This document shows, piece by piece, positions 26,646 through 39,733 of a DNA stretch of 64,000 nucleotides. Under the pieces are notes generated by a model. That model saw only the letters and a program-made list of their open reading frames with translations. It ran no database searches and was not told the DNA's origin. The position numbers and the translations under genes were made by a program. Position 1 is the first letter of the stretch. The number at the start of each line of letters is the position of its first letter. Location of the stretch: assembly GCF_001447785.1 (NCBI RefSeq), contig NW_015172065.1, forward strand, positions 146,430 to 210,429, in the 5' to 3' direction. This DNA is from Gekko japonicus. Lineage: Eukaryota.

Positions 26646-26733
26646 ATGTCAGCCTTGCTGCAAGCCACGGATGGGAACTCCGAAGGGATACAGCCAAGAG
26701 CTCTGGCAGGGACACCCAGTACTGAGAGTGGAG
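26646..26733 (+). CDS. Candidate first coding exon of the PITX-like gene (MSALLQATDGNSEGIQPRALAGTPSTESG)
   Basis: ATG with A at -3 and an upstream in-frame stop; strong donor GAG|GTAAGG in phase 1, matching the phase-1 acceptor at 35533; upstream acceptor ...ctctcatacag at 26605; weak resemblance to the PITX3 N-terminus (AGTP). No transcript evidence. Confidence 0.5.
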
Positions 26734-28324
26734 GTAAGGCATGAAGGAGAAGCGTGTTCTGAAATACCATGTGGCCTGGGAACTTTGTGAACCTGACCCT
26801 GAGGATGGGTGTGTCTAAAGATGTGTTCTCAAGTCCATTCGTGTAAATGAGTTACAGCATAATATACCACGGGCTGAATTTTTTTCAAAATTGTTTGAGA
26901 AAGGTACTGTTTCCCATGGCGTGTGTACACATTTGTCCTTCAGTCATTACCCAGCAAAAAGGTTTGAGTGGTTTTTGAAACCATGGGTAACCTTGCAAAA
27001 TCTGTTAACCAGTAGTGAAAATTAGAAGCGTGAATATACTGCAAGTCAAAAATAAAGAGTCTAGTATTCATTCTGCCATAACTTTTTGTCAGCCAGAGCT
27101 AACTTTCATTTATTTATTTATTTTATTGTTTGTTTATTAAAATATTTATATCTCACCTTTCCTTGTGCCTCAAAGTAACTTAAAAGTTACAAATAAAACA
27201 TAATTAAAAACCAATATACTAAACACCCCCAGATATCTCCTTCTCAGTGATCCCTCACTTAACTCTCTAAAGAAAATGAGCATCAAGTGAGTGTCTGCCT
27301 CCAGCCATAGCCAATTCCTCTTAGAAATAAACACTCATAAAGGTTATTTTCTGATCCATGGTAGCAAGTACAGATTGTAAAAAAATGAACCATGGTGCCT
27401 TTAAAGTAAAATTAAAAAAGAGGTGCTGGAACTCTCAAGAGGGAAATTAAGTTTTCAATCTGTATACTGAAAACTCATGAACTTTTAAAGATTTTTAAAA
27501 GGATTTTGTCGAAGAGGTTCTGGAACTCCGTTCCAGTGCATTCCCCAAGAAAAAAAGCCCTGGATTAAGTAATCATGTGGAATCAAAGAGGGTGAAACCT
27601 GTGAATCTAAAGGACAGACTACGAGATATTTTTTAACAAGTTGAGTCCAGGTTCCTGCATGTACAGCTCTGAAGTGGGACAAATAACTCCCCTAGGGGTC
27701 GTTTCAGTGCAGGAAAGTGGAGGAGGGATAAGGCAGGGACCCCCCCTCCCATACTATGTTCCTGATCCAGGTCAGGGGCCCATAGACTTTTAAAATGACA
27801 TTCTCCACAGCTGCTCTGGAGGGGAGTGAGTCCCTGGACCCGACTAATTTTAAAAGTCTGTTGTAGTTTGGGCCTAAGGGAAGATAATAAAGAAGCACAG
27901 ATAAGAAGGAGCAAAAGGCTATGAGCGGAATCCTCCAGACCGGTTTGTGCTGCCAGAGGCAAGTACATTTTCTAACGGAACAGATCCACAGCATCTGACC
28001 TTATGCTACAAGAAAGTTTTGCATAGGTTGACCATAGGAGAGCATTGGGTGGGCACAATTGTTGATGTGATCTACGTCACTGGGGTCAATATGACTTCTG
28101 GAATGGAGCTGGTATAATTGTTCTGTAATAAATGAGCCTAGATTTGGGAGGTGGTGCAAGGTACTTTTTTAACCGTCCAATTGATTCCTGCCATTCTCTA
28201 ATGATGACAGTAGGGGGCAAAAATTGTGTCTTCAAGAGATTCTCTGCACACATGCACATAGTAACTTTATTTAAAAAAAGAAGAAGCAAGCCCCTTCCAA
28301 GCTTACAGTTTAAAATTTAGTCAT

Positions 28325-30720
28325 ATAAGAACATAAAAGAAGCCATGCTGGATCAGGCCAATGGTCCACACAGTCCAATACTCTGAGTCACACAGTGGCT
28401 AAAAACCAGGTGCCATCAGGAGGTCCACCAGCAGGGCCAGAACTCCAGAAGCCCTCCCATTGTTGCCCCCCAAGCACCAAGAATACAGAACATCACTGCC
28501 CCAGACTTAGTGTTCCATCCATACATTGTGGCTAATAGCCACTCATGGACCTCTGCTCCATGTTTATCCAGTCCCCTCTTAAAGCTGTCTATACTTGTAA
28601 CCACCATCACTTCCTATGTCAGTGAATTCCATGTGTTAATTACTGTTTGGGTGAAGAAGTACTTCCTTTTCTCTGTTCTAAGCTTACTGCTCATCAATTG
28701 CATTGAGTGCCCACAAGTTCTTATGTTGTGAGAAAGGGAGAAAAGTACTTCTTTCTCTGCTTTCTCTATCCCATGCATAATTTTGTAAACCTCTATCATA
28801 TCACCCCTCAGCTGTCGTTTCTCTAAACTAAAGAGCCCGAACCTTGTTAACCTTTCTTTATAGGAAAAGTGTTCCATCCCCTTAACCATTTTAGATGCCC
28901 TTTTCTGCACCTTTTCCAGTGCTATGATATCTTTTTTGAGATTCAGTGACCAGAACTGTACACAGTATTCCAAATGAGGCAGCACCGTCGATTTATACAG
29001 GGGCATTATGATACTGGCTGATTTTCCATTCCCTTCTTAATAATCCCCAGCATAGCATTTGCCTTTTTTTTTTATTGCCGTCGCACATTGGGTTGACATT
29101 TTCAGTGAGTTATCTAAGACTCCAAAATCTTTCTCCTGGTCAGTCTTCCACCGGTTTGGACCCCATCAACATGTATTTATAGTTAGAATTTTTTGCTCTA
29201 ATGGACATTACTTTGCACTTGCCCCCACCACGTTGAACCTCATTTGCTACTTTGACACCCAATCACCCAGCCTGACATATTCCTCTGGAGTGCCTCACAA
29301 TCCTCCCTTGTTCTCACCACCCCGAACAACTTAGTGTCATCCGCAAACTTAGCCACTTCACTGCTTACTCCCAACTCCAAACCATTAATGAAACAGGTAA
29401 AAAGCACCAGACCCAGTACCGAGCCCTACGATACCCCACTGCTTACCACCCTCGACTGTGAAAACTGCCCATGTATATTCACTCTCTGTTACCTGTTAAT
29501 CACCCAGTTTTTAATCCACAAGAGGACTTATCCCCTTATCTCAACTGCTGAGTTCACTTAGGAGCCTTTGATGAGGAACTTCATCTAAAGCTTTCTGGAA
29601 GTCTAGGTAAACAACATCTAATGGGTCACCCTTGTCCACATGTTTGTTCATCTCATCAAAGAAGCCTAACAGATTAGTGAGACAAGATCTTCCCTTATAG
29701 AATCCATACTGATTCTTCCTCAATAGTTTTTGTTCATAATGTGCCTACTAATTCTATCTTTAATAATGGATTCCACCAACTTATCCGGTATTGACCTTAG
29801 ACTGACCGGTCTGTAATTTCCCGCATCTCTTCTGGAACCTTTTTTTTTTTTTTAATGGGGTTATATTAGCTACCTTCCAAGTCCTCAGGAATGGAGGCAG
29901 ATTTTAATGATAGATTGCATATTTTTGTCAGGAGATCTACAAGTTCTCATTTGAGTTCTTTCAGAACTCTTGGATGTATACCATCTGGGCCTGGTGATTC
30001 GTCAGTTTTTAATTTGTCCATCAGTTGTAGGCAGGGGTCATTTAGTAGAACAAGAGGTGCAGGAGTTCATTAGCATAACTCATTCGCATAACTTATTTGC
30101 ATATGCCACACCCCGACATCACCAGAAGTGTGTCAGAAGGCAACACCCACCACTCAGGCTCCACTGGACTGTTTTGGATTGCTAGCTATTGGAAGGAGGG
30201 GGAACATCCAGATCTGTCCTCGCAGAGGAGGGAGAGCTTGTACCTGAATAAAACTTGGTCTTAAAGGTGCCACTGGACTGTTTGGGGCTGGGGGGCCAGG
30301 GGGAGCTTTGCAACTTACCTGGCTGCTTCTTGCTCTGACTGAGGGCTGCTGGGAGCAGGGGGTGGGGCTTGTTGCATGTGCCCGCCCCCTGAGCTCTTTA
30401 CTGCCGGAGCTCCGCTCCTGTGCACTCGTGCAGGAAATGACCCCTGGTTGTAGGACCTCCTCTCTTGTCACCTCAATCTGACTCAGGTATTCCAACACCC
30501 CTCCTAAAATTGGTGGTTCTGAAATGGGTGAGCACCTCCCATCTTCCACAGGGAAAACAGAGGCAAAAATGCATTCAGCTTCTCTGCCCTTTCCCTATCA
30601 TCCTTTAGTAATCCTTTTACCCCTTGGTCATCCAAAGGCCCCATTGCCTTCCTGGGTGGTTTTCTGTCACTAATGTATTTGAAGAAATATTTATTGATGG
30701 TCTTTATGTTTTATGTAGAA
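28325..30720 (-). mobile_element. CR1 LINE, degenerate ORF2 and 3' UTR, interrupted by a MITE
   Basis: QYGFYKGRSCLTNL, DVVYLDFQKA.D.VPH, PHLEYCVQFWS, LEKVQKRA, LRGDMIEVYK. Confidence 0.92.
30032..30446. mobile_element. hAT-type MITE nested in the CR1
   Basis: TIR CAGGGGTCATTT/AAATGACCCCTG; TSD gttgtagg. Confidence 0.9.
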
Positions 30721-31084
30721 GTGAACTTGTGCACTTTGGGAGTTTTAGAGGTCAGAGAAACTTTGCATACGACATATAACTGCTCTCTTTCAGCCTATGC
30801 TAATTAAGGTCTACTATTGGTTCTGACCCCCCCCCCCGGGCAAGTTTGGACATCAACAAGGCCTTTTTCTGTGGGGCACCAGTATTGTAGAACAGCCTTG
30901 CTGAGGATGTGAGGCAGGCCCCTACTTGGAGGGCTTTCCAGTGCCACTGCAAGGGTGAATAATTGAAAGGGGCTTTTGGGATATTGTTAGATTAAGATTT
31001 GTTTTTAATTACTTTTGGCTTGTTTCATATTTGTTATTTATTTGTCCCCTGCTTTGTGTCTTTGGGGAGAGAGACAAGATAGAT

Positions 31085-31650
31085 ATTTTTTTTTTAGAAC
31101 ACAATTTTATTTTTCATGAAAATATTGACATGTCATCAGTTCCATTAATGTTTCAATTTTTACCCCCAATATCCCCACTTTACTCTCCCCCTCCCCGTGG
31201 CTTCCCGCAATGCTTCCCCCCTCGTCACTCCAGTACACCTTAAGATAACATCATATTCTAGTTTCAATATTGTTCTAAATATAATAGATTGTGCTTTACA
31301 TCCCAGTTCTTTTCTAGGTAAATTTTAAAGTATCTCCATTCCTCATAGAATTCCTGATCTTCTTTGTTATTCAATTTTTTCGTAATTTTGTCCATCTCAG
31401 CCATAAACAAAGTTTTTTGTATCCATTCTTCTAACTCTGGAATTCTTTCTTGTTTCCAACATTGTGCATAGAGTATTCTCGCCGTTGTAATCAGGTACCA
31501 GAATAAAGTTCTTTTTGTAATATTCAATTCTTCCATTTTAAGTCCTAAGAGCAGAATTTCTGGTGCTTTTTTAAAGGAACATTTCAAAATTTTTTGCATT
31601 TCGCTGTGAACTCTAGTCCAAAAGTCCACAGCTTTTTCACATGTCCAAGT
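31085..31650 (-). mobile_element. L1-clade LINE 3' end
   Basis: ORF 31264..31629 (WTC..FWTRV...TTARILYAQCWK) followed by a poly-A tail. Confidence 0.8.
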
Positions 31651-33764
31651 TAGATTTTTTTTTTAAATGAATGAATACTCTAGGACAAATCATGAAGAAA
31701 AAGTGAATAGACAAAATGTATCCCCTTCTTCCATATTGCTAGAATTCAGGGTCACACCAAGACACTGACTGGCAATAAATTCAGGACAGTCCCAAGAAAA
31801 TCCTTCACACTGTGCACAATTCATAGAGAGAATCCACTCTCACTAGACGTGGGGATGGCTTGTCGAAGAATTGGACAAAATGGCAGGTGGATTGGTAGCT
31901 GTTAATCATGACAACTAAATAGAACCTCCATGTACAGAAGCAGTATGTCTCTGCATACTAGATGGGCAGGTTGTTGCCGTCAAGCCATACCTGTGAACTG
32001 CTGAACTAGGTGGATCCTTGGTCTCATTTATCCAGGCAGGTCTTACCATAGCTATGTTAAACAGAGGATCCAGCTGTTTACATTTAAGGTCTAATGAAAA
32101 TATACTACGCTTGCTGTCAGGGAGGAAGATGGATAGATCTGTCAGCAGCCCAGGAACTGCCTCTTCTTTAGGCTGAAACCCAACTGCCATGTGCCATCGC
32201 TCTCCAGTCTGTGAGGGCATCTGAAGTTCCAGAGGCTCAGAACAGTGTGTCCTGGTATAGTAGACTGTTTTGCAATGTACCTCTTCGCTGTGTGAACTGA
32301 TACATGTAAATATTCAGGATTAGCTGAGATTAAATGAAAGATCTTTTAAACTCCTGATTATGTCAGCTTCCGGCTACACTCATAAACACATCCAACATTT
32401 CGGGTATACTAAGCAATGGTTGTACTTTGTGCGCAAGGCCTGTGGAAAATACAGAACAGCTGGAAATTGTTCAATATATTATATTTCTACTGGGGGGTGT
32501 AGCCTTGGCAGTGTTCTGTTGCTGCTGCTGTCACCACTCCATTCTGTGAAACTGTGGCATAACTGTGCAACTGAGAGCATATGGGTACAAATTAAAGATT
32601 GGATTAATTGAAAGAGTTACATTTTAAAGGAGAAATTGCTGGGATGACATGATGAATACTGAACAATCTTAAATGAAAGGCTTATCCTTATAGCTGCTAA
32701 AACAGACATAAATTACACTTTGAAAAATGACAATTTATATTATGAATCTCAAAATGATTATTAATCCAAATTGATATCTTACTGTTTCCTTTTGTAATCT
32801 TTGATGTTTACTTTGCAACATGAGTTTGGTTCAAGTGAAGTAAGGGAAAGGCAACCAGTTTTTGCAGACCCAAACACATATACACTGTCCAAATAAATGC
32901 ATTGGCCTTAAAGCTGGGAAAGTTCAGCCAAGTGATTTTCTGTTAATCGTTATGAGAAGATGACATAAAATGATTAGGCATTAATTGACATTCAAAAATC
33001 AAATTAAATCCAATTTTGTATATAAAAATGTTAGTAAAACTGCTTTCGTCCCTTTGTAAAATCTGTATTTTCCAACAGTTTTTGGATAGAACCATTTTCT
33101 CTTATCACAACTGAGACGCCACATGTTACTGTTATTCACATGAGTGACAGACTCCTGCAGCTGCACATCTGAAAACAGAGGAGTGGGGAGAATTGGCTTG
33201 AAGGATGAAAAATGTATAACTAACAGTGCCATCCTATGCAGAGTTATACCCTTCTAAGTTAATTGAAGTCAGTGGTCTTAGAAGGATGTAACTCTGCTTA
33301 GAATTGCACTGTAAATACCACATAAAATTCAGTTTGGAATGCTTAACATTCATCGTTCATTTTATTGCATATCATCAGGAAAATAAAAGGTAAGTACCTC
33401 TCTGGAACAGCACCATGGAGGACATAACATTACTAAATGCACATTACTAAATCACATGTGAGTTGCAGGTTCTCCTCTGTTCCTGCACTCAGATCAGAAC
33501 CACAGTGCACACGGAGAAGAGGCTTTAGCCCTCCTCCCTGTGCCATTTCCCCAACCCGAAGAGTCTCAGGGCACTATTTTGGAAAACCCATATGTTCCCT
33601 AGTATACATGCGGGTTTCCCCAAAAGGCTCAATACCACTCTCCTGGGACTATTTCAGCCTGGGGCAGGAAGCCGGGGCAGGAAGCTTGTTGGATATTACC
33701 CCCGTCAGTGTCCATGTATCCAACCAGTCTCGGGTTGTCACAGGCTGAGATCTTAAGTTTTAAG

Positions 33765-35125
33765 TCAGCTGTTTTTATGAAGTATCTAGTCAGTCTCCTT
33801 ACAGCATTCCAATCAGAATGATTTGGTGAATCACTGTTTCTGCATAGGATTCCAACAGCTGCAGAGATATCAGGTCTTTACACTGTGCTTAGCTAAAGAA
33901 GTTTGCCAATTGCTTCTCTGTATTGCTGGTTGCTCTCTAGCAACATTCCACCTTCAAGCTTGAGGTATGCTGGCTCAAGAGGACTACTGACTCCATGCTT
34001 TAGGCCCAGGGACTCTGCAAGGTCCATAGTCTTGTGTCTTTGGTTCAGGAGAAAATTCCCATTCTCAGTTCTTTCAATTTGTATTCCAAAGTAGTGGTTC
34101 AATGCTCCCAACTGTTTGACTTCCACCTCTTTGTTCAGGTTATCTGCAATTTCCTGAACATCTTTTTTGGTTTAGCAGCATAATGACAGTCCATTCTTAC
34201 ACGCCAATACATACTGATACAGTCCATCTTTAAGCTTGGCAAGTAGGCAGGTGTCTGCCTTTCCCTGTGGAATGCCTTGGCTTTGCAGAAATATAATTAA
34301 TTTCTCAGTCTATGCTATGGCAGCTTGTTCCTCAGGCAAATCTCCACTGAAAAGGGCTGTCCCAATGTCCAGGTGCTGAACATGCGTTCTTCTTGCTGCT
34401 GCTATACTTAGTAATGTCCTGAAGGTGGCGTATTTGACAACAGGTGTAGGCTGTTCAATCATTTATTTGCAGTTCAAGGGTTCACACTCAGGATGCACAT
34501 TTACATGCAAGGTATACTTTTCAGGTAGTACTCCCTTATTGCTCCTCTGTGACCTTCTCATAGGAGTCTCCTTCTTCTCTGGCCTAGCTTGCCCTGCCTC
34601 CCCTTCTGTTTGTGGGGCATCTTGTTGACCTGCCTGTGGACAGGTGGTCTCTGCAGGCAGCCAAATGGCCATATCTGTAAAAGAGACTCCAACCTCAGCT
34701 TCTGGAATGATTTGAACCACCTTCAAGCTTGGAGCACATTGCTTTCATCAATATGCACATTCTTTAACTCAAAATGCTTTTGGATTCATAACTCCATATC
34801 CTTTTCCACCTCTAGCATACCCAACAAGGACCCCCACTTCAGCTCTGGTGTCCAGTTCCCCCCATCTTTCCTTGGGTATATGAGCAATAACTTTGGACTC
34901 AAATGCCTTCAAATGTCTTAGGCCTGGCAGTCTCTGTTTAAAGCACAGTTCAAATGGTGTTTTTCCTGTTGCTTTGGAAGGCATTCTGTTGTATAGATAA
35001 GTTGCTGTAGTTACAGCTTCTGCTCAACAGTGGTCAGGCAGGCCACAGTGTGTTGAATGCTCCTGTTAAGACGCTCAGCAGAGCCATTTTGCTGAGGAGA
35101 GTATACCACACTTGTATTATGCTGT
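33765..35125 (-). mobile_element. Degenerate Ty1/copia pol fragment (integrase C-terminus to RT)
   Basis: YSPQQNGSAERLNRS, EAVTTATYLYNRMPSKATGKTPFEL, GELDTRAE.GVLVGY..GGKGY, HLDI.TALFSGDL, YREAIGKLL; integrase precedes RT, the copia order. Confidence 0.85.
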
Positions 35126-35444
35126 GCCCCCCCCAGCATCTCTGATCTTACATCTCACACTGTCTTATGGAATCTGATCTTAGAACAAAGGGAGCAGGAA
35201 GAAACCCCCCCAAAAAAATGCCTATATGAAAAGTATCAGGTAACATCACCCAACTATGAACTGAGCAATGACCAGGCTAAAGGGCACTGCATTATTGAAT
35301 AGGATTTCCCCTTCTAGCGTGGGAACTTCTACTCAACATCTCATAGGTTCTAAGTTAACTAACTACAATTAGCATAGACAAACAAACAGGTTAACTCTTT
35401 CATGACACCAGGAAGTGAACTTGCAAATACCCCAACAAAACTAA

Positions 35445-36053
<609 letters not shown>

Positions 36054-36238
36054 TAGGGTGGCATTGTAACCCAATAAGGTTCCTGGCTTCCCCAGCCTCC
36101 ACCCCCCAAATCTCCAGGAGTTTCCCAACCTGGATCTGACAACCCTACTGCCCCATGCTCTGCCGGCAGCCAGAGGACCTGGCAACCCTAACTCTGGGGG
36201 GATGGAATTCACCGTTCTATCAGGAAACACTCTGACCT

Positions 36239-36241
<3 letters not shown>

Positions 36242-36293
<52 letters not shown>
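36242..36293. repeat. (TAA)n microsatellite
   Basis: About 17 perfect units. Confidence 0.98.
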
Positions 36294-36696
36294 TATTAGA
36301 AGGAAACACTCTGACCTGTGATCGACCCAAGATTGCCAGGAAGGCAGTGTGCTAAAATGGGTCCTTCCAGGCACCTTGCTTTCTATCAAATGGGATGTAG
36401 AATTTACATAGCCAACCCATGTTTCAAACTGCTAGACTGCAACGAGGAATTTGCCTTGCCAGATTTATTCCACCATTATCTAATACAGCTAGGGGCCAAA
36501 ACAGATGTGCCGGTGTTCATGGGTCTGCCCCATGGATGCCAACACCATTTTAGAGCTAAATTTAAAAATGCCACAAGGGCAAGGAAAGATTGCCTGGTCC
36601 CACCGCACTGCGAGCCTGGTCAGTATCAGGCCCTTGCAGCATTTTTAAATAGCCGAGTGCAGGTCTCAAATGGTGTCAGTGTTCATGGGTTGGACC

Positions 36697-37185
36697 CAGG
36701 GCTATTTTTGGGCAGGAACGCACAGGAATGGAGTTCCGGCTGGCTTCAGAGTTGGCCATGCCCACTACAGCCAAAACCTCTGCGTGCGTGGCTACAGAGG
36801 GAAGGCCTGGAGAGTGACCCCCCCCGCGACTGGGCTGGGGGGGCTCCGGAAGGATCGGGGAGGCATTTAAATGCCTCCCCATGCCTTCCCTGGCCTGTCC
36901 AAGGGTTGGCTTGCCCGGGCTCCCCATAGCCGCGGGGCACCTGGGTGAGCCAAAGGAAGGCAGTTTAAACTGCCTCCCCTCCCTTCCAAGGGCTGGCTTG
37001 CCTGGGCTCCCTGCAGCCAGGTGGTGCCCGGCCAAGTCAAGGGAAGGCATGGGGGTGTGGCCTTATATGCTAGTGAGCTCCACGGTCAGGGGTGTGGCCT
37101 GATATACTAATGCATTTCTGCTGTTCGGGGTGGCCTATTATGCTAATGAGTTCCTGCTGGGTTTTTTTCTACAAAATAAGCCCTG
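36697..37185. mobile_element. hAT-type MITE in the last intron of the PITX-like gene
   Basis: CAGGGCT termini; TSD gttggacc; ATGCTAATGAG motifs. Confidence 0.88.
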
Positions 37186-37758
37186 GTTGGACCCATGGAC
37201 ACCATAACATCTAGTTTGGCCCTAGGTTTCTTTTTTTGCAGCCACCAACAGGTTGTTAGGGCTTTAGTTGTCTGGTAATCTGTAAAGTGTTCATGGAAAT
37301 TTCCAGAACAACCAATTTCAACTGTAATTTAAATAAACAAGGCACACAAAGAAATACATCCTAGGTGGGCCTTAATTCACTGGGCTGGCTATTCTAGTCC
37401 CCAAGTTCTGAGCCAAAGGCCAAAAGTCCTTTAACTTGCACCTCCAACCATGCTCAGACAAGTACTTGAAAATACAGGAGAAACCAAAGTCAGCCCATGC
37501 GGTACCTAGTAAAGAAAACAACTTTGAATAATTAAATACTTAAATTAGCTGAGGCATAGGAGAAAGAGGTTAAACACCCTCTCCTCCAGTGATCCTTGAT
37601 CTTCAGTGCACCTGTTTGGAACTGCTAAACAGTTTTTACAACACCTGAAGGGAGAACATAATCTTTAGAGGCAATGGCCATCCTTCAAGCAATCACTGAA
37701 CAGTTATAACTGCTGCAATATAAACAGTACAGAACACTACAGTTTATTTAGATACATA

Positions 37759-38189
37759 CAGGGGTCATTTCGGGGGGGATCCCGGGGGATCGCAGTTCCC
37801 CCGGGTGAGATTCGGAGGGGCTGGGCACACGGTGAAGCCCCGCCCCCTGCTTCCGGTCAGGGTAAAATGGCAATTTGACGCACCCTGTAAGTGCTCACGG
37901 TGGACGGGTGTTCCTTACAGCAGTTTGGACTGTATTTTGGTCCAACACGGCTTCCCCCAGGCAGGGGGAATGACTGGCAGGCATCAAGACCCAAGAGAGA
38001 GTTGAGATTGGTGTGATCAAGTCTCGGAGGAGGCTTGTATTACACTTTGATCCCCTCTCCCGAAGCGGGCGAGCGCATTCAGGGTGTGTGGCCTCATGAC
38101 ATACTTCCGGTGATGTCAGGGGGTGTGGCATATGCTAATGAGTTATGCTAATGACTTCCCCTAGCTCTTTTTCTACGAAACGACCCCTG
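37759..38189. mobile_element. hAT-type MITE in the last intron of the PITX-like gene
   Basis: TIR caggggtcattt/aaacgacccctg; TSD gatacata. Confidence 0.9.
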
Positions 38190-38407
38190 GATACATATAC
38201 CCATTTTTTCCTCCTGAATGGAACCAAAAGTGGCTCACAACACCCTCCATTTTATCCTCATAACCTCATGTGGTAGGTTAAGCTAAGAGGGATGCCTGGC
38301 CCAGCATCATTCAGTGAGCTTTTATGGCAGAGTGGGGATTTGAACCTGGTCTCCCAAGACCTTGGTCCAATGCTCTAGCAACTCCATACTTTTCTCTCTC
38401 TTTCTAG

Positions 38408-38917
38408 GTTTGGTTTAAAAACCGTAGAGCCAAGTGGCGGAAAAAGGAGCGGCATCAGCAGACAGAACTATGCAAAGGGGCTTTTGGCTCGCCACTCAAT
38501 GCCTTGTCTGGAAATTCTTACGAGGACCTCTACCCAAGCTACACCTACAATAACTGGACCCCAAAAGGGCTGCATACCACCACCCCCATCCATGGCAAGG
38601 GGTTCCAGATCTTCAACTCTATGAATCTCAATTCCTTTCCAAGCCCCACAGTCTTCTCTGCAGCTGCAGCGGCATCCATGTCTGGCATGCCATCTCTGGA
38701 AACCTTTAATAACATGACAAGTTCTCCTGGGCCTCCCGTTTCAACATATGGACCAGGTGCTCCTTCACCGTACATGTACAGGGACCCCTGCAACCCAAAC
38801 CTAGCTGGTCTGAGACTCAGAGCAAAGCAGACACAGCCTCCCCTAGGCTATGGGATCCCACAAAGTCCAATTATAAGCCCCAGCTCCAGCCACTATAATC
38901 TGGACAGGCCAGTGTGA
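38408..38917 (+). CDS. PITX-family homeobox gene, last coding exon (helix 3 with K50, divergent OAR domain)
   Basis: Acceptor tttctAG, then VWFKNRRAKWRKKERHQQTELCK...YEDLYPSYTYNNW...PYMYRDPCNPNLAGLRLRAKQ...HYNLDRPV*; open frame to TGA at 38915-38917. Confidence 0.95.
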   Translation, partial: VWFKNRRAKWRKKERHQQTELCKGAFGSPLNALSGNSYEDLYPSYTYNNWTPKGLHTTTPIHGKGFQIFNSMNLNSFPSPTVFSAAAAASMSGMPSLETFNNMTSSPGPPVSTYGPGAPSPYMYRDPCNPNLAGLRLRAKQTQPPLGYGIPQSPIISPSSSHYNLDRPV

Positions 38918-39733
38918 TATTGTGGCCAGAAGCATGGAGGGATGAATGGATTTTTGTCTCCTTAGAACTCATTGCAGACAGATCTCGAAGATACATTTGC
39001 CACTGCAAACCCTGTGTGGAGAGTGAATGGGATTCACCAGGTGTGGACAGAAGACCTCCTTTGGCCTGCTCTGTTTTGAGGATTCATAACTTTCCTCTAA
39101 ATTGCCTTGACATAGACACCTTTCAGTGAGCTGGTGCTTTCTCTAAGGCCTCAGAATCTGGGCATGGCTGAAGCCCACAAAAAGCCAATGTAATCTGGAT
39201 TTAATTCAAATTACATTTGTTTGAGATGTCCTAAGTGTTTCTCTTGATTTAGCTCGGGGCCATTAAAGATGGTGGGATGGGAGGTCCGGTGCCAATTGTC
39301 TGAAGACTAAAGTAAGCCCATTCATTATGACCAAAAGAAACAAGCAGAACGACGAGGAGGAAACAACGAAGGACTGCAAAGAGCAGTGAGAGAAGGGAGC
39401 AGGTGTGACAAAGAAAAATCAAGGGCATTCCTGTCAGTTTTATCACACTATTGAGTTACATGGGATTAGGGCAATCATTTCTAAAATATGTGCCACCAGA
39501 GAGCTGTTGGTGTGCTGTGAGAAATAATGAAAAAAAATAACATTTCTTGTGATCCCAAAGTAGAGGCTGCCCGCTGCATCTCTGCTTGATATACTGCTCT
39601 GGCTTCTCTTCCTTCCAAATGCCTGTTGAGAACAGCTAACTCTGCTGTTTCTCTGCACTGGGTTTGATTGGATCAGCTAGTCACCCCTGATGCAGAAACA
39701 GAGAATCACCAGCCCTCATAGGAGACATACTCA

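Noticed and set aside
35167-35245. Proximal ATG and donor just upstream of the homeobox exon
   Set aside because: One frame stops early; the other ends in phase 2 and would hit a stop in the next exon.
36318-36929. 203-aa and other GC-rich ORFs (21550-21884, 39706-40234, 52029-52559)
   Set aside because: They are chance ORFs over MITE interiors with no recognisable domains.
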